Numbered from the stretch's first letter, positions 9,622 through 22,767 are shown. The stretch is DNA of 64,000 nt from Pseudomonadota bacterium (GCA_028873525.1 JAGWIM010000001.1:2068-66067); one strand, 5' to 3'. The notes: generated by a model from the letters alone, not told the origin. A program made the numbers and translations.

Positions 9622-9715
9622 CTGTTAGTTATTGGTTGCCGGTTGTTAATCGCTGGTTGTTGGTAATTCCGAACTGACAGCTAACGGCTGACAACTAAAT
9701 AACTGGCAACGTGCT

Positions 9716-10033
9716 ATGCTCCGCTTCTTCAAATTTTTTGCCGCGCTCCTGATTGCCGTTGCCTTTGCCGGGTTCGCCGCTGCCAACCGCGGCATGGTTT
9801 CCCTGCGTTTTTTTCCCCTGCCCTACGCCGTGGATATGCCGCAGTTTCTGCTGGCGCTGCTGTGCTTTGCGCTGGGCGCGGCAGCAGGAAGGCTGGCGCT
9901 GGGACTCAGCCTGCACCGCGCCAGGCGGCTGATCAGGCTGGAGCGGCAGCGTGTGGAAGCGCTGGAGCATGAATTGGCGCTGTTGCGCCAGAAGAAACAG
10001 GCCGCCATGCCCGCGATACCGGCGCAATCATGA
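9716..10033 (+). CDS. LapA-domain (DUF1049-like) inner-membrane protein
   Basis: 105 aa, two TM helices and then a coiled basic tail (RLERQRVEALEHELALLRQ). It occupies the ihfB-lapA-trpF position seen in alphaproteobacteria. Confidence 0.6.
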   Translation: MLRFFKFFAALLIAVAFAGFAAANRGMVSLRFFPLPYAVDMPQFLLALLCFALGAAAGRLALGLSLHRARRLIRLERQRVEALEHELALLRQKKQAAMPAIPAQS

Positions 10034-10719
10034 ACGTGAAAGTAAAAATCTGCGGACTGAATGACGAAGCGGCGGTGCAGGCCGCTATCAAGGCCGGCGC
10101 CGACTTTGCCGGCTTTGTTTTTTATCCCGGTTCGCCGCGCCATATCGCTTTGAAGCGCGCGGCGGAATTGAACGCGCTTCTGCCGCCGCGCATCAAAAGC
10201 GCATCGGTGCTGGTCGATCCCGATGACGCGCTGCTGGCGGAAGTGCGGTCGATACTAAAGCCGGACTATGTGCAATTACATGGCAACGAAACGCCACGGC
10301 GCCTGCGGGAGATAAAAAAAACATTCCCCAACATAAAAATCATTAAGGCGATTTCCGTGCACGGCGGCGACGACGTGGCGCAGGCCGGAATGTTTTATGA
10401 TTGTGCGGATATGCTGATGTTTGATGCGGCTAGCTTTCCCGCAGAGCGCAGCGATGCGTTGGAAAGCTGCCGTCCCCGCGAAGGCGGGGACCCAGTTCTT
10501 CCCGGCGGCAACGGCCTTGCATTCGACTGGGTTCTCCTTGCCAGGCGCGAATTGCCGTTGCCATGGTTCCTTTCCGGCGGGTTGACTCCGGAAAATGTCG
10601 CCGATGCCATCCGCATCAGCGGCGCCGGAATGATTGATGTCTCCTCTGGCGTCGAGCGTGAGCGCGGTGTAAAAGATGCGAGCCTGATTGAAGCGTTTAT
10701 CAAAGCGGCAAAAACATGA
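10030..10719 (+). CDS. trpF: phosphoribosylanthranilate isomerase
   Basis: KICGL...[10 protein letters not shown]...QLHG...FDW...SGGLTPENV...DVSSGVE. Carries an extra segment of about 14 aa encoded by a palindromic element at 10472-10491. Confidence 0.85.
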   Translation: MNVKVKICGLNDEAAVQAAIKAGADFAGFVFYPGSPRHIALKRAAELNALLPPRIKSASVLVDPDDALLAEVRSILKPDYVQLHGNETPRRLREIKKTFPNIKIIKAISVHGGDDVAQAGMFYDCADMLMFDAASFPAERSDALESCRPREGGDPVLPGGNGLAFDWVLLARRELPLPWFLSGGLTPENVADAIRISGAGMIDVSSGVERERGVKDASLIEAFIKAAKT

Positions 10720-11918
10720 AGATAAGCAACACGCAGCCTGATTCCCACGGCCATTTCGGCACTTACGGCGGCCGGTATGTCGCCGAAACGCTGATGCCGC
10801 TCGTCCTCGAAGTCGAGCGCGCATATAACGCGGCGAAAAACGATCCGGAATTCAAGCGCGGGCTGGATTATTATTTTGAGCATTACATCGGCCGCCCGTC
10901 GCCGCTGTATTTTGCCGAGCGGCTGACGAAACACTGCGGCGGCGCCAGGATTTATTTCAAGCGCGACGAGTTGAACCACACCGGCGCGCATAAAATTAAC
11001 AATTGCATCGGCCAGGGGTTGCTGGCCAGACGCCTCGGCAAAAAGCGCATCATCGCCGAAACCGGCGCCGGGCAGCACGGCGTCGCCACCGCCACGGTCT
11101 GCGCGCTGTTCGGGTTGGAATGCATTATTTATATGGGCGCGAAAGACATCGAACGGCAGGCGCCGAACGTGTTTCGCATGAAGCTGCTCGGCGCAAAGGT
11201 CGTGCCGGTCACGTCCGGCAGCAAGACGCTGAAAGACGCGATGAACGAGGCGTTGCGCGACTGGGTGAGCAACGTCGCCACCACCTATTACCTCATCGGC
11301 ACCGCCGCCGGGCCGCACCCCTATCCGGAAATGGTGCGTGATTTCCAGTCCGCCATTGGCAGGGAAACGCGCGAGCAATTGCATAAGGCCGAGGGCAGGC
11401 TGCCCGATACGCTGGTCGCCTGCATCGGCGGCGGCAGCAACGCCATCGGTCTGTTCCACCCGTTCCTGAGCGAGCCGGAGGTGAAGATGATCGGCGTCGA
11501 GGCGGCAGGGCGCGGGCTGGATTCCGGCCAACATGCGGCGTCAATCGCGCGCGGCCAGCCCGGCGTGCTGCATGGCGCGCGCAGCTATCTGTTGCAGACC
11601 GACGATGGCCAGGTGCAGGACGCGCATTCAATTTCCGCCGGGCTGGATTATCCCGGCATCGGCCCGGAACATTCCTGGCTGCATGACACCGGCCGCGTGG
11701 AGTATGTCTCCGCCACCGATGACGAAGCGCTGGCGGCGTTCCAGACCGTTTCAAAACTGGAGGGAATTATTCCGGCGCTGGAACCGGCGCACGCGCTGGC
11801 GCATGTCTTAAAATTCGCGCCGCCGCTTCCCAAAAATCATTTGCTGGTGGTAAACGTCTGCGGCCGCGGCGATAAGGATATTTTCACCGTGGCCAAAGCG
11901 CTGGGGGTGGAGTTGTGA
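10716..11918 (+). CDS. trpB: tryptophan synthase beta chain
   Basis: 400-aa ORF with the PLP-lysine block (HTGAHKINN) and GGGSNAIG. 4-nt overlap with trpF. Confidence 0.95.
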   Translation: MKISNTQPDSHGHFGTYGGRYVAETLMPLVLEVERAYNAAKNDPEFKRGLDYYFEHYIGRPSPLYFAERLTKHCGGARIYFKRDELNHTGAHKINNCIGQGLLARRLGKKRIIAETGAGQHGVATATVCALFGLECIIYMGAKDIERQAPNVFRMKLLGAKVVPVTSGSKTLKDAMNEALRDWVSNVATTYYLIGTAAGPHPYPEMVRDFQSAIGRETREQLHKAEGRLPDTLVACIGGGSNAIGLFHPFLSEPEVKMIGVEAAGRGLDSGQHAASIARGQPGVLHGARSYLLQTDDGQVQDAHSISAGLDYPGIGPEHSWLHDTGRVEYVSATDDEALAAFQTVSKLEGIIPALEPAHALAHVLKFAPPLPKNHLLVVNVCGRGDKDIFTVAKALGVEL

Positions 11919-12298
11919 TAAAAGATTTTACAAAATGGCATAAAATAAAAACCCTGCTTGAGGGCAAGCAGAAACTTCCTATCTATCAAACCCGCGAAAT
12001 ATGGTGGTGCAGCCTAGGCGCAAATATCGGTCATGAACAGGATGGAAAAAGCGGATTCTATCTTCGGCCAGTGCTTGTCATACGCAAATTCAATCCGCAT
12101 ATCTTCTTTGGGGTGCCACTTACCACGCGGATAAAAGAAAATCCTTATTATCATCGCATTCACTTCAGAGGAAAAGAACAGTGCGTTATGCTCTCGCAAT
12201 TGCGATTGTGGGACAGCAAACGCCTTTCCCAGAAAATGGGAAAATTGCCGGAAGACCAATTTGAGGAAATAAGAAATGCTTTGAAAGGCTTAATGTAA
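11915..12298 (+). CDS. PemK/MazF-like toxin-fold protein, no obvious antitoxin
   Basis: 127 aa. [33 protein letters not shown] and [14 protein letters not shown] resemble the MazF/PemK SH3-like core. The GTG start overlaps the trpB TGA (GTGA). Clearly AT-richer than trpB and trpA. Confidence 0.6.
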   Translation: MIKDFTKWHKIKTLLEGKQKLPIYQTREIWWCSLGANIGHEQDGKSGFYLRPVLVIRKFNPHIFFGVPLTTRIKENPYYHRIHFRGKEQCVMLSQLRLWDSKRLSQKMGKLPEDQFEEIRNALKGLM

Positions 12299-12299
12299 T

Positions 12300-12319
12300 C
12301 AGCCCCCTTTCGGGGGCTG
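12300..12319 (+). terminator. GC-rich hairpin after the MazF-like ORF
   Basis: CAGCCCCC-TTTC-GGGGGCTG, a perfect 8-bp stem starting 2 nt after the stop. No U-tract follows, so terminator function is uncertain. Confidence 0.4.
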
Positions 12320-12399
12320 CATATGCCTAACGGCAATTTGTGGTTTCATTGTAAGGTAGTTTATGCTGAAAGTCAAATTATTCCAGAAGGAGTAAGTTT

Positions 12400-12567
12400 A
12401 TGAAATTACCACTGCTTACCTATATCCTCTATTTGCTTGGCTTAGGTGTTTTTATGTCGACTATGAAGGAAGGTAACTCGACTGTACAAATGTATGAGAT
12501 GTTGTTTGCTTTCGGCTGTTGGCATACTGGTCGTTTAATCAAAAGGCGTTCTAAAGCAATGAAATAG
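12400..12567 (+). CDS. candidate 55-aa small membrane protein
   Basis: AAGGAG lies 7 nt upstream of the ATG. Translation [21 protein letters not shown]...[17 protein letters not shown] has one hydrophobic helix and a basic tail. AT-rich. Ends 8 nt before the trpA ATG. Confidence 0.3.
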   Translation: MKLPLLTYILYLLGLGVFMSTMKEGNSTVQMYEMLFAFGCWHTGRLIKRRSKAMK

Positions 12568-12574
12568 CTTAACC

Positions 12575-13375
12575 ATGACCTCCCGCATCGAAAAAACCTT
12601 CGCCAGACTTCGCGCTGAAAAACGCGCGGCGCTGATACCCTTCGTCATGGGTTACGACCCGGATGCGAAAACGTCGGCGGCGGTGCTGGACGCGCTGCCG
12701 GAAGCGGGCGCGGACATCGTTGAAATCGGGATGCCGTTTTCCGATCCCGTAGCCGACGGGCCGGTGATCCAGGCGGCGGGGCTGCGTGCGCTGAAAGCGG
12801 GAGCAACGGTTTCCGGTATCCTGGAACTCGTGCGCGAGTTTCGCAAGAAACATGCAAATACGCCGGTGATTCTGATGGGCTATTTCAATCCGGTCTATCG
12901 CTATGGCTGCGAAAGATTCTGCCAAGATGCAGTAGCGGCTGGGGCGGACGGCATCATTCTGGTGGATTTGCCGCCGGAAGAAGAACAGGAAATGCGGCCG
13001 CATCTTGAGGCGACGGGACTCAAGCTCATCCGCCTCGTCGCTCCAACCAGCGGCGACGACCGCTTGCCGCTGCTGGCCAAATCCGCCAGCGGATTTATCT
13101 ATTATATTTCCATCACCGGCATCACCGGCGCGCAAGCAGCCGATGCGCTGGAACTAAAAACGAAGGTTGACCATCTGCGGAAATTCACCGCGCTGCCGGT
13201 GGCCGTCGGCTTCGGTATCAAAACACCGCGGCAGGCGGCGCAGGCGGCCAGTTGCGCCGATGCGGTGGTGGTGGGCAGCGCGCTGGTGGATGCCGTCGCG
13301 CATCAGAAAGACCGCGCCCACGCCGTCAAGGCGGCCAGCGCTTTTGTCAGGGAACTGGCGGAAGCGCTTGGATAA
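12575..13375 (+). CDS. trpA: tryptophan synthase alpha chain
   Basis: 266-aa ORF with [21 protein letters not shown] and GFGI blocks. Confidence 0.9.
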   Translation: MTSRIEKTFARLRAEKRAALIPFVMGYDPDAKTSAAVLDALPEAGADIVEIGMPFSDPVADGPVIQAAGLRALKAGATVSGILELVREFRKKHANTPVILMGYFNPVYRYGCERFCQDAVAAGADGIILVDLPPEEEQEMRPHLEATGLKLIRLVAPTSGDDRLPLLAKSASGFIYYISITGITGAQAADALELKTKVDHLRKFTALPVAVGFGIKTPRQAAQAASCADAVVVGSALVDAVAHQKDRAHAVKAASAFVRELAEALG

Positions 13376-13386
13376 TTCTCAGGCGA

Positions 13387-15940
<2,554 letters not shown>

Positions 15941-17144
15941 GGATCCATTCTCCACTCTCAAGAACTGCGCTTTGCCTTGCATTCCTTCGAATAAAAGCGG
16001 GTCGGTTCCGGTCATCCAGACTTGCGCTCCAATCTGGCAGATTTCCTCGAACAACTCAAGCCTTCTTGTGGCGTCCAAATGGGCGGCGACCTCATCGAGT
16101 AACAGTACCGGAACAACGCCGTGCCATTTCGCCCCCGACTGCGCCTGTGCCAGCACGATGGAGAGCAAAAGCGCCTTCTGTTCGCCGGTGGAACACCGCT
16201 CGGCCGGCATGGATTTTTCGATATGTGTGACGCAGAGGGAGCTTCGGTGCGCGCCGTCCAGCGCGCGACCGGCGGCGGCGTCCCGCCCCCTGTGTTCGCG
16301 GAGCTTTTTCTTGAACCATTCCTCAATCGTAACTGCGGTTTCTCCGCCGGCCAGCCCGTTTTCGATGGCGCCATGAATCTCCAGTTGCGCTTTGGGAAAT
16401 GAGAGCGTCGAGGCGGCAATCGTATGGTTGATATGGTCGCAGGCAAGCAGCCGCGCGCTGGCGATGGCCGCCCCGGTTTCGGCCATGGTGGCTTCCAGCG
16501 CTTCGAGCCAGGCGGCATCGGCCCGATTATCCGCCAGCAATTTATTGCGCTCGCGCATGGCGAAGTCATATTCATTGATGCGCGAGGCATGTTCGGCGTC
16601 GAAACTATAGACCAGCCGGTCGAAGAATCTCCGCCCGGCGGATGTTCCATCGTTGAATAACTGCTCCATCTGCGGCGTCAGCCATATCATCGCCAGATGC
16701 CGCGCCAGTTCAGCTTGCGACCGCGCCGTTTTGCCGTCCATCTTGACGATGCGCTTATCGGTTTCCGCTTCCGGGTCGCGGCCGGTGCCGATCTGTACGC
16801 TACCCTGCATTCCAGTGATATTGGCGGAGACAGCCCAAACGTCCTCAACCGGCGCATCCCCCTTTCCCACGGGGAGGAGGTCGGGGTGAGGGCGGTGATT
16901 CAATTCTGATACTCTCGCCCTTCTTAAGCCCCTCCCCGGCGTCAGCAGCGAAATCGCCTCCAAAATATTGGTTTTCCCGGCGCCGTTACGCCCTGTCAGC
17001 ACCACCGGCGCAGGCGAGATTTCGATATGGGCAGAGGCATAGTTGCGGAAGCAATGGAGAGAGAGGGAGGAGATGGATAACACGTCCCGTGGCGCGCTTT
17101 CCGCCTTCGCAAAAAGCGTCAGCACAGGATCCTGAGACTGCACG

Positions 17145-17179
17145 GGATCCTGCGTAGCCGCTTCGCGGCTCGCAGGATT
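17145..17179. repeat. 35-nt REP-like hairpin (GGATCCTGCG..GCTTCGC..CGCAGGATT family)
   Basis: ggatcctgcgtagccgcttcgcggctcgcaggatt. Lies inside the annotated 5' end of recF, next to the dnaN stop. Confidence 0.6.
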
Positions 17180-17184
17180 ATGGC

Positions 17185-18357
17185 TCATACCCTCATCGGC
17201 ATGATGACGTAGAGCGCGCCGACATCGGCGGTGTCGCGGACGATGGCGGGCGCGGCGCCGTCCGACAGCAGAAACTGCGCGGTGTCGCCCTCGATATTGG
17301 TCATCATATCGAGCAGGTAGCGCGAGTTGAAGCCGATCTCGATCAGCGTCGAGGCATAGGTGACGTCGATTTCCTCCGACGCCGTGCCCTGCTCGGCGCT
17401 GGAGGCCGACAGCGTCAGCTTGCCGTTTTCAATATGAAACTTGATGGCGCGCGATTTCTCCGATGAAATCACCGACACGCGGTCCACCGCTTCGGTGAAG
17501 GATTTGCGGTCGACTTCGAGAATCTTGTCGTTGCCGGAGGGGATGACGCGCTCGTAATCCGGGAAGTTGCCGTCGATGAGCTTCGACACCAGCACGGCAT
17601 TGCCGCAGACGAAGCGGATTTTCGCTTCCGACAGCGACACGCCGACATCGCCGCCGCTTTCCTCGAGCAGTTTTTTCAGCTCGTAAATCGCCTTGCGCGG
17701 CACGATGACGCCGGGCATCCCATCCGCCCCGGCGGGTGTCGCGGTTTCGATGCGCGCCAGCCGGTGGCCGTCGGTGGCGACGGCGCGCAGCGCCTTGGCT
17801 TTGCCGCTGCCGGAGAGGTGCAGGTAAATGCCATTCAGGTAATACCGCGTTTCCTCGGTCGAGATGGCGAAGCTCGGTTTTTCGATGAGCGATTTGCAGT
17901 CGGCGGCTTTCAGCGTGAAGTTAAAGGCCAGATCGCCGTCGGCCATCACCGGAAACTCATCCACCGGCAGGCAGGCCAGCGAGAAGCGCGAATGGCCGCT
18001 CTTGATGGTCACCTTGCTGTCGCCGGAGGAAAGCTCAATCTGCGCGCCTTCGGGGAGCTTGCGCACGATGTCATAAAACGTGTGCGCGGGAACGGTGGTG
18101 GCGCCGTTCTTGCTCACCGTCGCCGGAATTTTTTCGGCGATGGAAATGTCCATGTCGGTGGCGGTGAGGCTGACGCCGTCGCCCCTGGCCTCGATTTTCA
18201 CGTTGGAGAGCACGGCGATGGTGCCGCGCCGTTCGACGACGGATTGCACGTGCCCCAGCGCCTTCAGCAGATGCGCGCGCTCGATGGTGAATTTCATGGC
18301 GGAATCGCCGGCTGCGGCTTCCGGTGCTTTGCTGCGGGTGGCTGTGGCTGTGGTCAT
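17185..18357 (-). CDS. dnaN: DNA polymerase III subunit beta
   Basis: MKFTIERAHLLKAL...PMRV is typical of the sliding clamp. The conserved start is the ATG at 18297. The tracked ORF adds 20 N-terminal residues. Confidence 0.9.
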   Translation of the reverse strand: MTTATATRSKAPEAAAGDSAMKFTIERAHLLKALGHVQSVVERRGTIAVLSNVKIEARGDGVSLTATDMDISIAEKIPATVSKNGATTVPAHTFYDIVRKLPEGAQIELSSGDSKVTIKSGHSRFSLACLPVDEFPVMADGDLAFNFTLKAADCKSLIEKPSFAISTEETRYYLNGIYLHLSGSGKAKALRAVATDGHRLARIETATPAGADGMPGVIVPRKAIYELKKLLEESGGDVGVSLSEAKIRFVCGNAVLVSKLIDGNFPDYERVIPSGNDKILEVDRKSFTEAVDRVSVISSEKSRAIKFHIENGKLTLSASSAEQGTASEEIDVTYASTLIEIGFNSRYLLDMMTNIEGDTAQFLLSDGAAPAIVRDTADVGALYVIMPMRV

Positions 18358-18424
18358 AATTTTCTCCCTGTATTCTTTAATTAATCATTCCTTGGGAAAA
18401 AGGCAATGGATTTAAGAGATGGGA

Positions 18425-19027
18425 TTATATTTCCCTGGCGTGCGGCTTGTTGCCGCGATTATCTAAAATTGCATTTTCACTCATGGCGACTTCAATGGGC
18501 AAAAACATTGTGTCAAGCGCCTTGACCAAGGTAGCAATATTCCTCTTTCCTGACTCCCCTTCGGTGAGCGTATCAAGACGTAGCTGGCGTAACTCATCTG
18601 CCACAAATATGGCTGATATTCCGCTCACGAATAACATGGTGGGTGGCGCAACGTCTTTCAAGGCATCCATAATTCCCTCCGTTTTTGCTTTATTATCACG
18701 CATTCTGTTTCCCAGCCTCGCTGTTACGCCCCTAAAGCCAACGACGGTTGCTGCTAACGCAGCCGCGTTTATAAGCCAGTAGCGGCGATTAATCCTGGAT
18801 TTTCCGAAAACTTCAGCCAATGATTCTTTTTCGTTGTTATCCAGTCCTATGGTGGGGGAGCCATTCATAATGGCCCTGCGTATTTTATCCCAGAACTTCT
18901 CGAATGCATCAAAGCCATGTTTTTCAATGTGAATAGTGATAAAGCGCTTGCCAGAACTATCAGGCATGTTCCGCACATATTCGCAGAATATGTCCTGATT
19001 ACGCTTTTCTTCTTCGCCGGCGCTCAC
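18425..19027 (-). CDS. hypothetical membrane-associated protein inserted between dnaA and dnaN
   Basis: 200-aa ORF, AT-richer than its flanks. The GTG start overlaps the dnaA TGA (GTGA); an alternative ATG is at 18967. Two hydrophobic segments ([30 protein letters not shown]). No motif recognised. Confidence 0.5.
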   Translation of the reverse strand: MSAGEEEKRNQDIFCEYVRNMPDSSGKRFITIHIEKHGFDAFEKFWDKIRRAIMNGSPTIGLDNNEKESLAEVFGKSRINRRYWLINAAALAATVVGFRGVTARLGNRMRDNKAKTEGIMDALKDVAPPTMLFVSGISAIFVADELRQLRLDTLTEGESGKRNIATLVKALDTMFLPIEVAMSENAILDNRGNKPHAREI

Positions 19028-20433
19028 CCCTGCAACATCCGGCTTAAAAGCTCAATATCCTTGGCGAACTCGTTGTCGGCGCCCATCAGCTCGTCGACGC
19101 GCTTCACCGCGTGCATGACGGTGGTGTGGTCCTTGCCGCCGAACCGCCGGCCGATTTCCGGCAGACTCTTGGAGGTGAATTTCTTGGACAGGTACATGGC
19201 GACCTGCCTTGGCCGCGCCACCACGCGCGAGCGCCGCGCCGAGTGCATGTCCGACACCTTGATGTTATAATGCTCGGCGGTGCGTTTCTGGATGTCCTCA
19301 ATGGTGAGTCTCCGGTCGTTTGCGCGCAATAAATCATGCAGCACTTCCTGCGTGGTTTCCAGCGTCACCGGGCGGCCGACCAGCGTTGCGTGCGCCACGA
19401 CGCGGTTCAGCGCGCCTTCCAGCTCGCGCACGTTGGAGGTGATGCGGTGCGCCAGGAATTCCGCCACCTTTTGTGGAATCGTCACGCCTTTCATCCGGTC
19501 AATCTTCGATTGCAAAATACCAAGGCGCAGCTCAAATGTCGTGGCGTGGATGTCGGCCACCAGCCCCCAGCCGAGCCGCGAGCGCACGCGCTCTTCCATG
19601 CCCTCCAAATCGGAGGGACTGCGGTCGCCGGAGAGGATCAACTGCTTGTTCTGGTCGACCAGCGCGTTAAAGGTGTGGAAAAATTCCTCCTGCGTGGCGT
19701 CCTTGCCGCTGATGAACTGCACGTCGTCAATCATCAGCACATCCACCGAGCGGAAATATTCCTTGAAGGCCAGCGCTTCCTTGAAGCGCAGCGCCTTGAT
19801 GAACTGATACATGAATTTTTCCGCCGAGAGATAGAGCACGCGGCGCTGCGGGTTGCTGCGGCGGATGTGCCAGGCGATGGCGTGCATCAGGTGGGTTTTG
19901 CCGAGGCCGACGCCGCCGTAAAGAAACAGCGGATTGCAGCCGGACACCACTTCCGTCGCCTCGGCGACGCGACGCGCCGCGGCATGCGCCAGTTCATTAG
20001 GCTTGCCGACGACGAAATTCTCGAACGTGTAACGCGGGTCAAGCGCCGCCCCTATCTGCACATCGGCCTCCGCAGTAATCGGCGTCTGCCAGTTTCCGGC
20101 GGTGATGACGTTCGACGCGGCAGCCGGCTCAGCGGGGGTAACGGCGGATAGTGCCGGCACGATAATATCAATCGTGTAGTCCGCCGCTTCCGGCTCCTGC
20201 TGCCAGAGGGCGCGAATGTCATCGCCATAATGCGAGGTGATCCATTCGCGCATGAAGCGCGTCGGCACGGAAAGCAGCACGCGACCGTCCTTGCTTCCGG
20301 CGTAACGCAGCGGCTTCAGCCAACTCTTGAACACGGCATCGCCGTACAGGGCGCCCAGTTTGCCGCTGACCCGCTCCCATACGAGCGCCAGCGTATCCTT
20401 GACTTTTTCCTGCCCTGCCGTTGCTAATGCCAT
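19024..20433 (-). CDS. dnaA: chromosomal replication initiator protein DnaA
   Basis: 469-aa ORF with AAA+ Walker A ([13 protein letters not shown]), Walker B (LMIDDVQF) and the domain IV block ([11 protein letters not shown]). Confidence 0.95.
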   Translation of the reverse strand: MALATAGQEKVKDTLALVWERVSGKLGALYGDAVFKSWLKPLRYAGSKDGRVLLSVPTRFMREWITSHYGDDIRALWQQEPEAADYTIDIIVPALSAVTPAEPAAASNVITAGNWQTPITAEADVQIGAALDPRYTFENFVVGKPNELAHAAARRVAEATEVVSGCNPLFLYGGVGLGKTHLMHAIAWHIRRSNPQRRVLYLSAEKFMYQFIKALRFKEALAFKEYFRSVDVLMIDDVQFISGKDATQEEFFHTFNALVDQNKQLILSGDRSPSDLEGMEERVRSRLGWGLVADIHATTFELRLGILQSKIDRMKGVTIPQKVAEFLAHRITSNVRELEGALNRVVAHATLVGRPVTLETTQEVLHDLLRANDRRLTIEDIQKRTAEHYNIKVSDMHSARRSRVVARPRQVAMYLSKKFTSKSLPEIGRRFGGKDHTTVMHAVKRVDELMGADNEFAKDIELLSRMLQG

Positions 20434-20509
20434 AATGTCGTCCTTTTGAAGTCAAAGAAAGAGCGTTCCGCCCTTTGGGGACGGCCGGGTTATTCCTGTA
20501 ATGGGGTGA

Positions 20510-20776
20510 TTAAGCGGCGAGCTTCTTGATGCGCGCCGACAACCGGCTCATCTTGCGCGACGCCGTGCCCAGCTTGACCACGCCTTTGCTGACGCCTTGC
20601 ATCAGTTCCGGCTGGGCTTCCCTGAGCGCCGCCTGCGCTGCCGTTTTATTTCCGGAGGCGATGGCGGTTTCGACTTTCTTAAGCGACGCTTTGATGACGC
20701 GCATACGCGATTGGTTGAGCGCCGTGCGCGTCGCCGTCTGGCGGATGCGTTTTTCTGCGGATTTATGGTTGGCCAT
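20510..20776 (-). CDS. rpsT: 30S ribosomal protein S20
   Basis: 88-aa ORF starting [13 protein letters not shown]. Confidence 0.9.
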   Translation of the reverse strand: MANHKSAEKRIRQTATRTALNQSRMRVIKASLKKVETAIASGNKTAAQAALREAQPELMQGVSKGVVKLGTASRKMSRLSARIKKLAA

Positions 20777-21009
20777 AACAATTCCCGTTGACTAAAAAAA
20801 CTTGTTTCCCGAAAACACCGTTTGCATGTTGAGTTGAGTTTTTTCGTATGCCGCAAATCAGTGATAGGACTGCCGACACTAATGACGTTTTTTTGTTCGG
20901 TCAAGCGCTATTCTTGTAGCAGGAATATTTTTTATCGGCGCCCGGAGAACCCCAGATTTACTGGTATTTTTGCACATCGCCGGCAGCGGTACGGCGGCCT
21001 GCTTCATGC

Positions 21010-21849
21010 TTATTTCTGGCAGGTTTTGCAAAAGAAGGTTGAGCGCCCGCCCTGGCGGATAAGAAAAATTCTTTGATGGCAAACCGGGCAGGATTTTCCC
21101 TCGCGGCCATAAACACGAAACCGATGCTGAAAAAACCCCTCCTCGCCGGAGACGTGCCGGAAGTCGCGGAGGGACGATCCACCGGAGGCGATAGCCTCCT
21201 TCAGCACCTGCCGCACGGCGCCCGCTATTTTTGCCGCGTGATCCGCCGCCTTGTGCGAGGGCTTGCGTGGATCGACGCCGGCGAGAAATAACGCCTCGCT
21301 GGCGTAGATATTCCCCACGCCGGCCACCAGCGCCTGATCCATCAGCGCTGTTTTGACGGGGCCTTTGCGTTTTGCCAGCGCCGCTTTGAGATATTCCGGC
21401 GAAAACCCCTTCCGAAGCGGCTCCGGCCCGGTACCGGCAAACAGCTTGTGCGCCGCCAGTGCGCTCTTTTTCGCAACCGTCATCAGCCCGAACCGCCGCG
21501 GATCATTAAAGATAAGCGCCCGACCGTCTTTGAAGGTAAAAACCACATGGTCATGTTTACCCTCACTCCGCGCCGCCGCTTCGCAACCCACAGGATGACG
21601 GGCAATTAAAAACCGCCCGCTCATGCCCAGATGCGCGATGATCGCGTCATCGGAATCAAGGTTGAATACAAGATATTTGGCGCGCCGCTTGACCCGCAGG
21701 ATTTTCCGTCCGGCCAGCGCCCGCGCAAAACCATCTGGAAACGGCGCGCGCAAATCCTTGCGGCGCAGCATAACGCTTTCGATGACGGCATTTTCAAGCG
21801 CCGCATCCAGGCCGCGCCGCACGGTTTCGACTTCGGGTAATTCAGGCAT
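21010..21849 (-). CDS. mutM: formamidopyrimidine-DNA glycosylase
   Basis: [15 protein letters not shown]-terminus, H2TH region, and a C-terminal zinc finger (CPVCHQRI...FFCKTCQ). Confidence 0.9.
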   Translation of the reverse strand: MPELPEVETVRRGLDAALENAVIESVMLRRKDLRAPFPDGFARALAGRKILRVKRRAKYLVFNLDSDDAIIAHLGMSGRFLIARHPVGCEAAARSEGKHDHVVFTFKDGRALIFNDPRRFGLMTVAKKSALAAHKLFAGTGPEPLRKGFSPEYLKAALAKRKGPVKTALMDQALVAGVGNIYASEALFLAGVDPRKPSHKAADHAAKIAGAVRQVLKEAIASGGSSLRDFRHVSGEEGFFQHRFRVYGREGKSCPVCHQRIFLIRQGGRSTFFCKTCQK

Positions 21850-21893
21850 GTTCCTGCTTTCGCACCGGCCACAATACTTGTATAAGCGTTTTC

Positions 21894-22634
21894 ATGTCCA
21901 GAAATACCACCTCTTTCGGTTTCAAAACCGTCGATGAAGATGAGAAACCGGCGCTGGTGCGCGGCGTGTTCGACGCGGTGGCTTCGCGCTACGACCTCAT
22001 GAACGACCTGATGAGCGGCGGATTGCATCGCTGGTGGAAGCGCGAGATGGTGGCGTGGCTGAATCCGCAGACAAACTGGCGCGTTCTCGACGTCGCCGGC
22101 GGCACAGGCGATATCGCCTTTCGCATATTAAGCCATGCGAAATGCCACGTCACTGTCTGCGACATCAACCAGCAGATGCTCAATGAAGGGCGCAACCGCG
22201 CCATCGACCGCAATATCCTGCATGACATCGAATGGCTGTGCGCCGACGCTGAATCGCTGCCGGTACCCGATAGCTCGTTTGATGCCTATAGCATCGCGTT
22301 TGGCATCCGCAACGTCACGCATATCGACCGCGCATTGCGCGAGGCCTACCGCGCGCTGAAACCCGGCGGCCGGTTTTTGTGCCTCGAATTTTCGCGTCCG
22401 GCGCACGACTGGATGCAGAAATGCTATGACGCTTATTCGTTTAACGTCATCCCGAAAATCGGCGAATGGGTCACCGGCAACGGCGATCCCTATAAATACC
22501 TCGTCGAAAGCATCCGCAAATTCCCGCCGCAGGAAGAATTCGCCACGCTCATGCGCGATGCCGGTTTCGGCAATGTGCAATACCGCAATCTCACACAAGG
22601 CGTCGTCGCCATGCATTCCGGGCGGAGGTTGTAA
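21894..22634 (+). CDS. ubiE: ubiquinone/menaquinone biosynthesis C-methyltransferase UbiE
   Basis: 246-aa ORF with [13 protein letters not shown], the SAM motif LDVAGGTGD, and FGIRNV. Confidence 0.9.
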   Translation: MSRNTTSFGFKTVDEDEKPALVRGVFDAVASRYDLMNDLMSGGLHRWWKREMVAWLNPQTNWRVLDVAGGTGDIAFRILSHAKCHVTVCDINQQMLNEGRNRAIDRNILHDIEWLCADAESLPVPDSSFDAYSIAFGIRNVTHIDRALREAYRALKPGGRFLCLEFSRPAHDWMQKCYDAYSFNVIPKIGEWVTGNGDPYKYLVESIRKFPPQEEFATLMRDAGFGNVQYRNLTQGVVAMHSGRRL

Positions 22635-22661
22635 TGCAGAATCCATCCGCAAATATTTATC

Positions 22662-22766
22662 CCCTCCCCCCTTGTGGGGGAGGGTTAGGGAGGGGGGGCG
22701 TCTTAGAAAAAGATTTTTCATTTAGATACCCCTTCCCCCTGCCCCCCTCCCACCAGGGGAGGGGGA
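22662..22766. repeat. pair of C/G-homopolymer hairpins (CCCTCCCCC..GGGGGAGGG type) flanking an AT-rich spacer
   Basis: ccctccccc-cttgt-gggggaggg at 22662-22684 and cccctccc-acca-ggggaggg near 22745-22766, directly upstream of the ubiB ATG. Related hairpins occur at 51082-51102 and about 51176-51199. Confidence 0.5.
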
Positions 22767-22767
22767 A

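Noticed and set aside
20434-21009. oriC next to dnaA/rpsT.
   Set aside because: I looked for TTATCCACA-like DnaA boxes and an AT-rich unwinding element in 20434-20509 and 20777-21009 and saw no convincing cluster. In many alphaproteobacteria oriC is not adjacent to dnaA. I cannot call it without a box scan and GC-skew computation.
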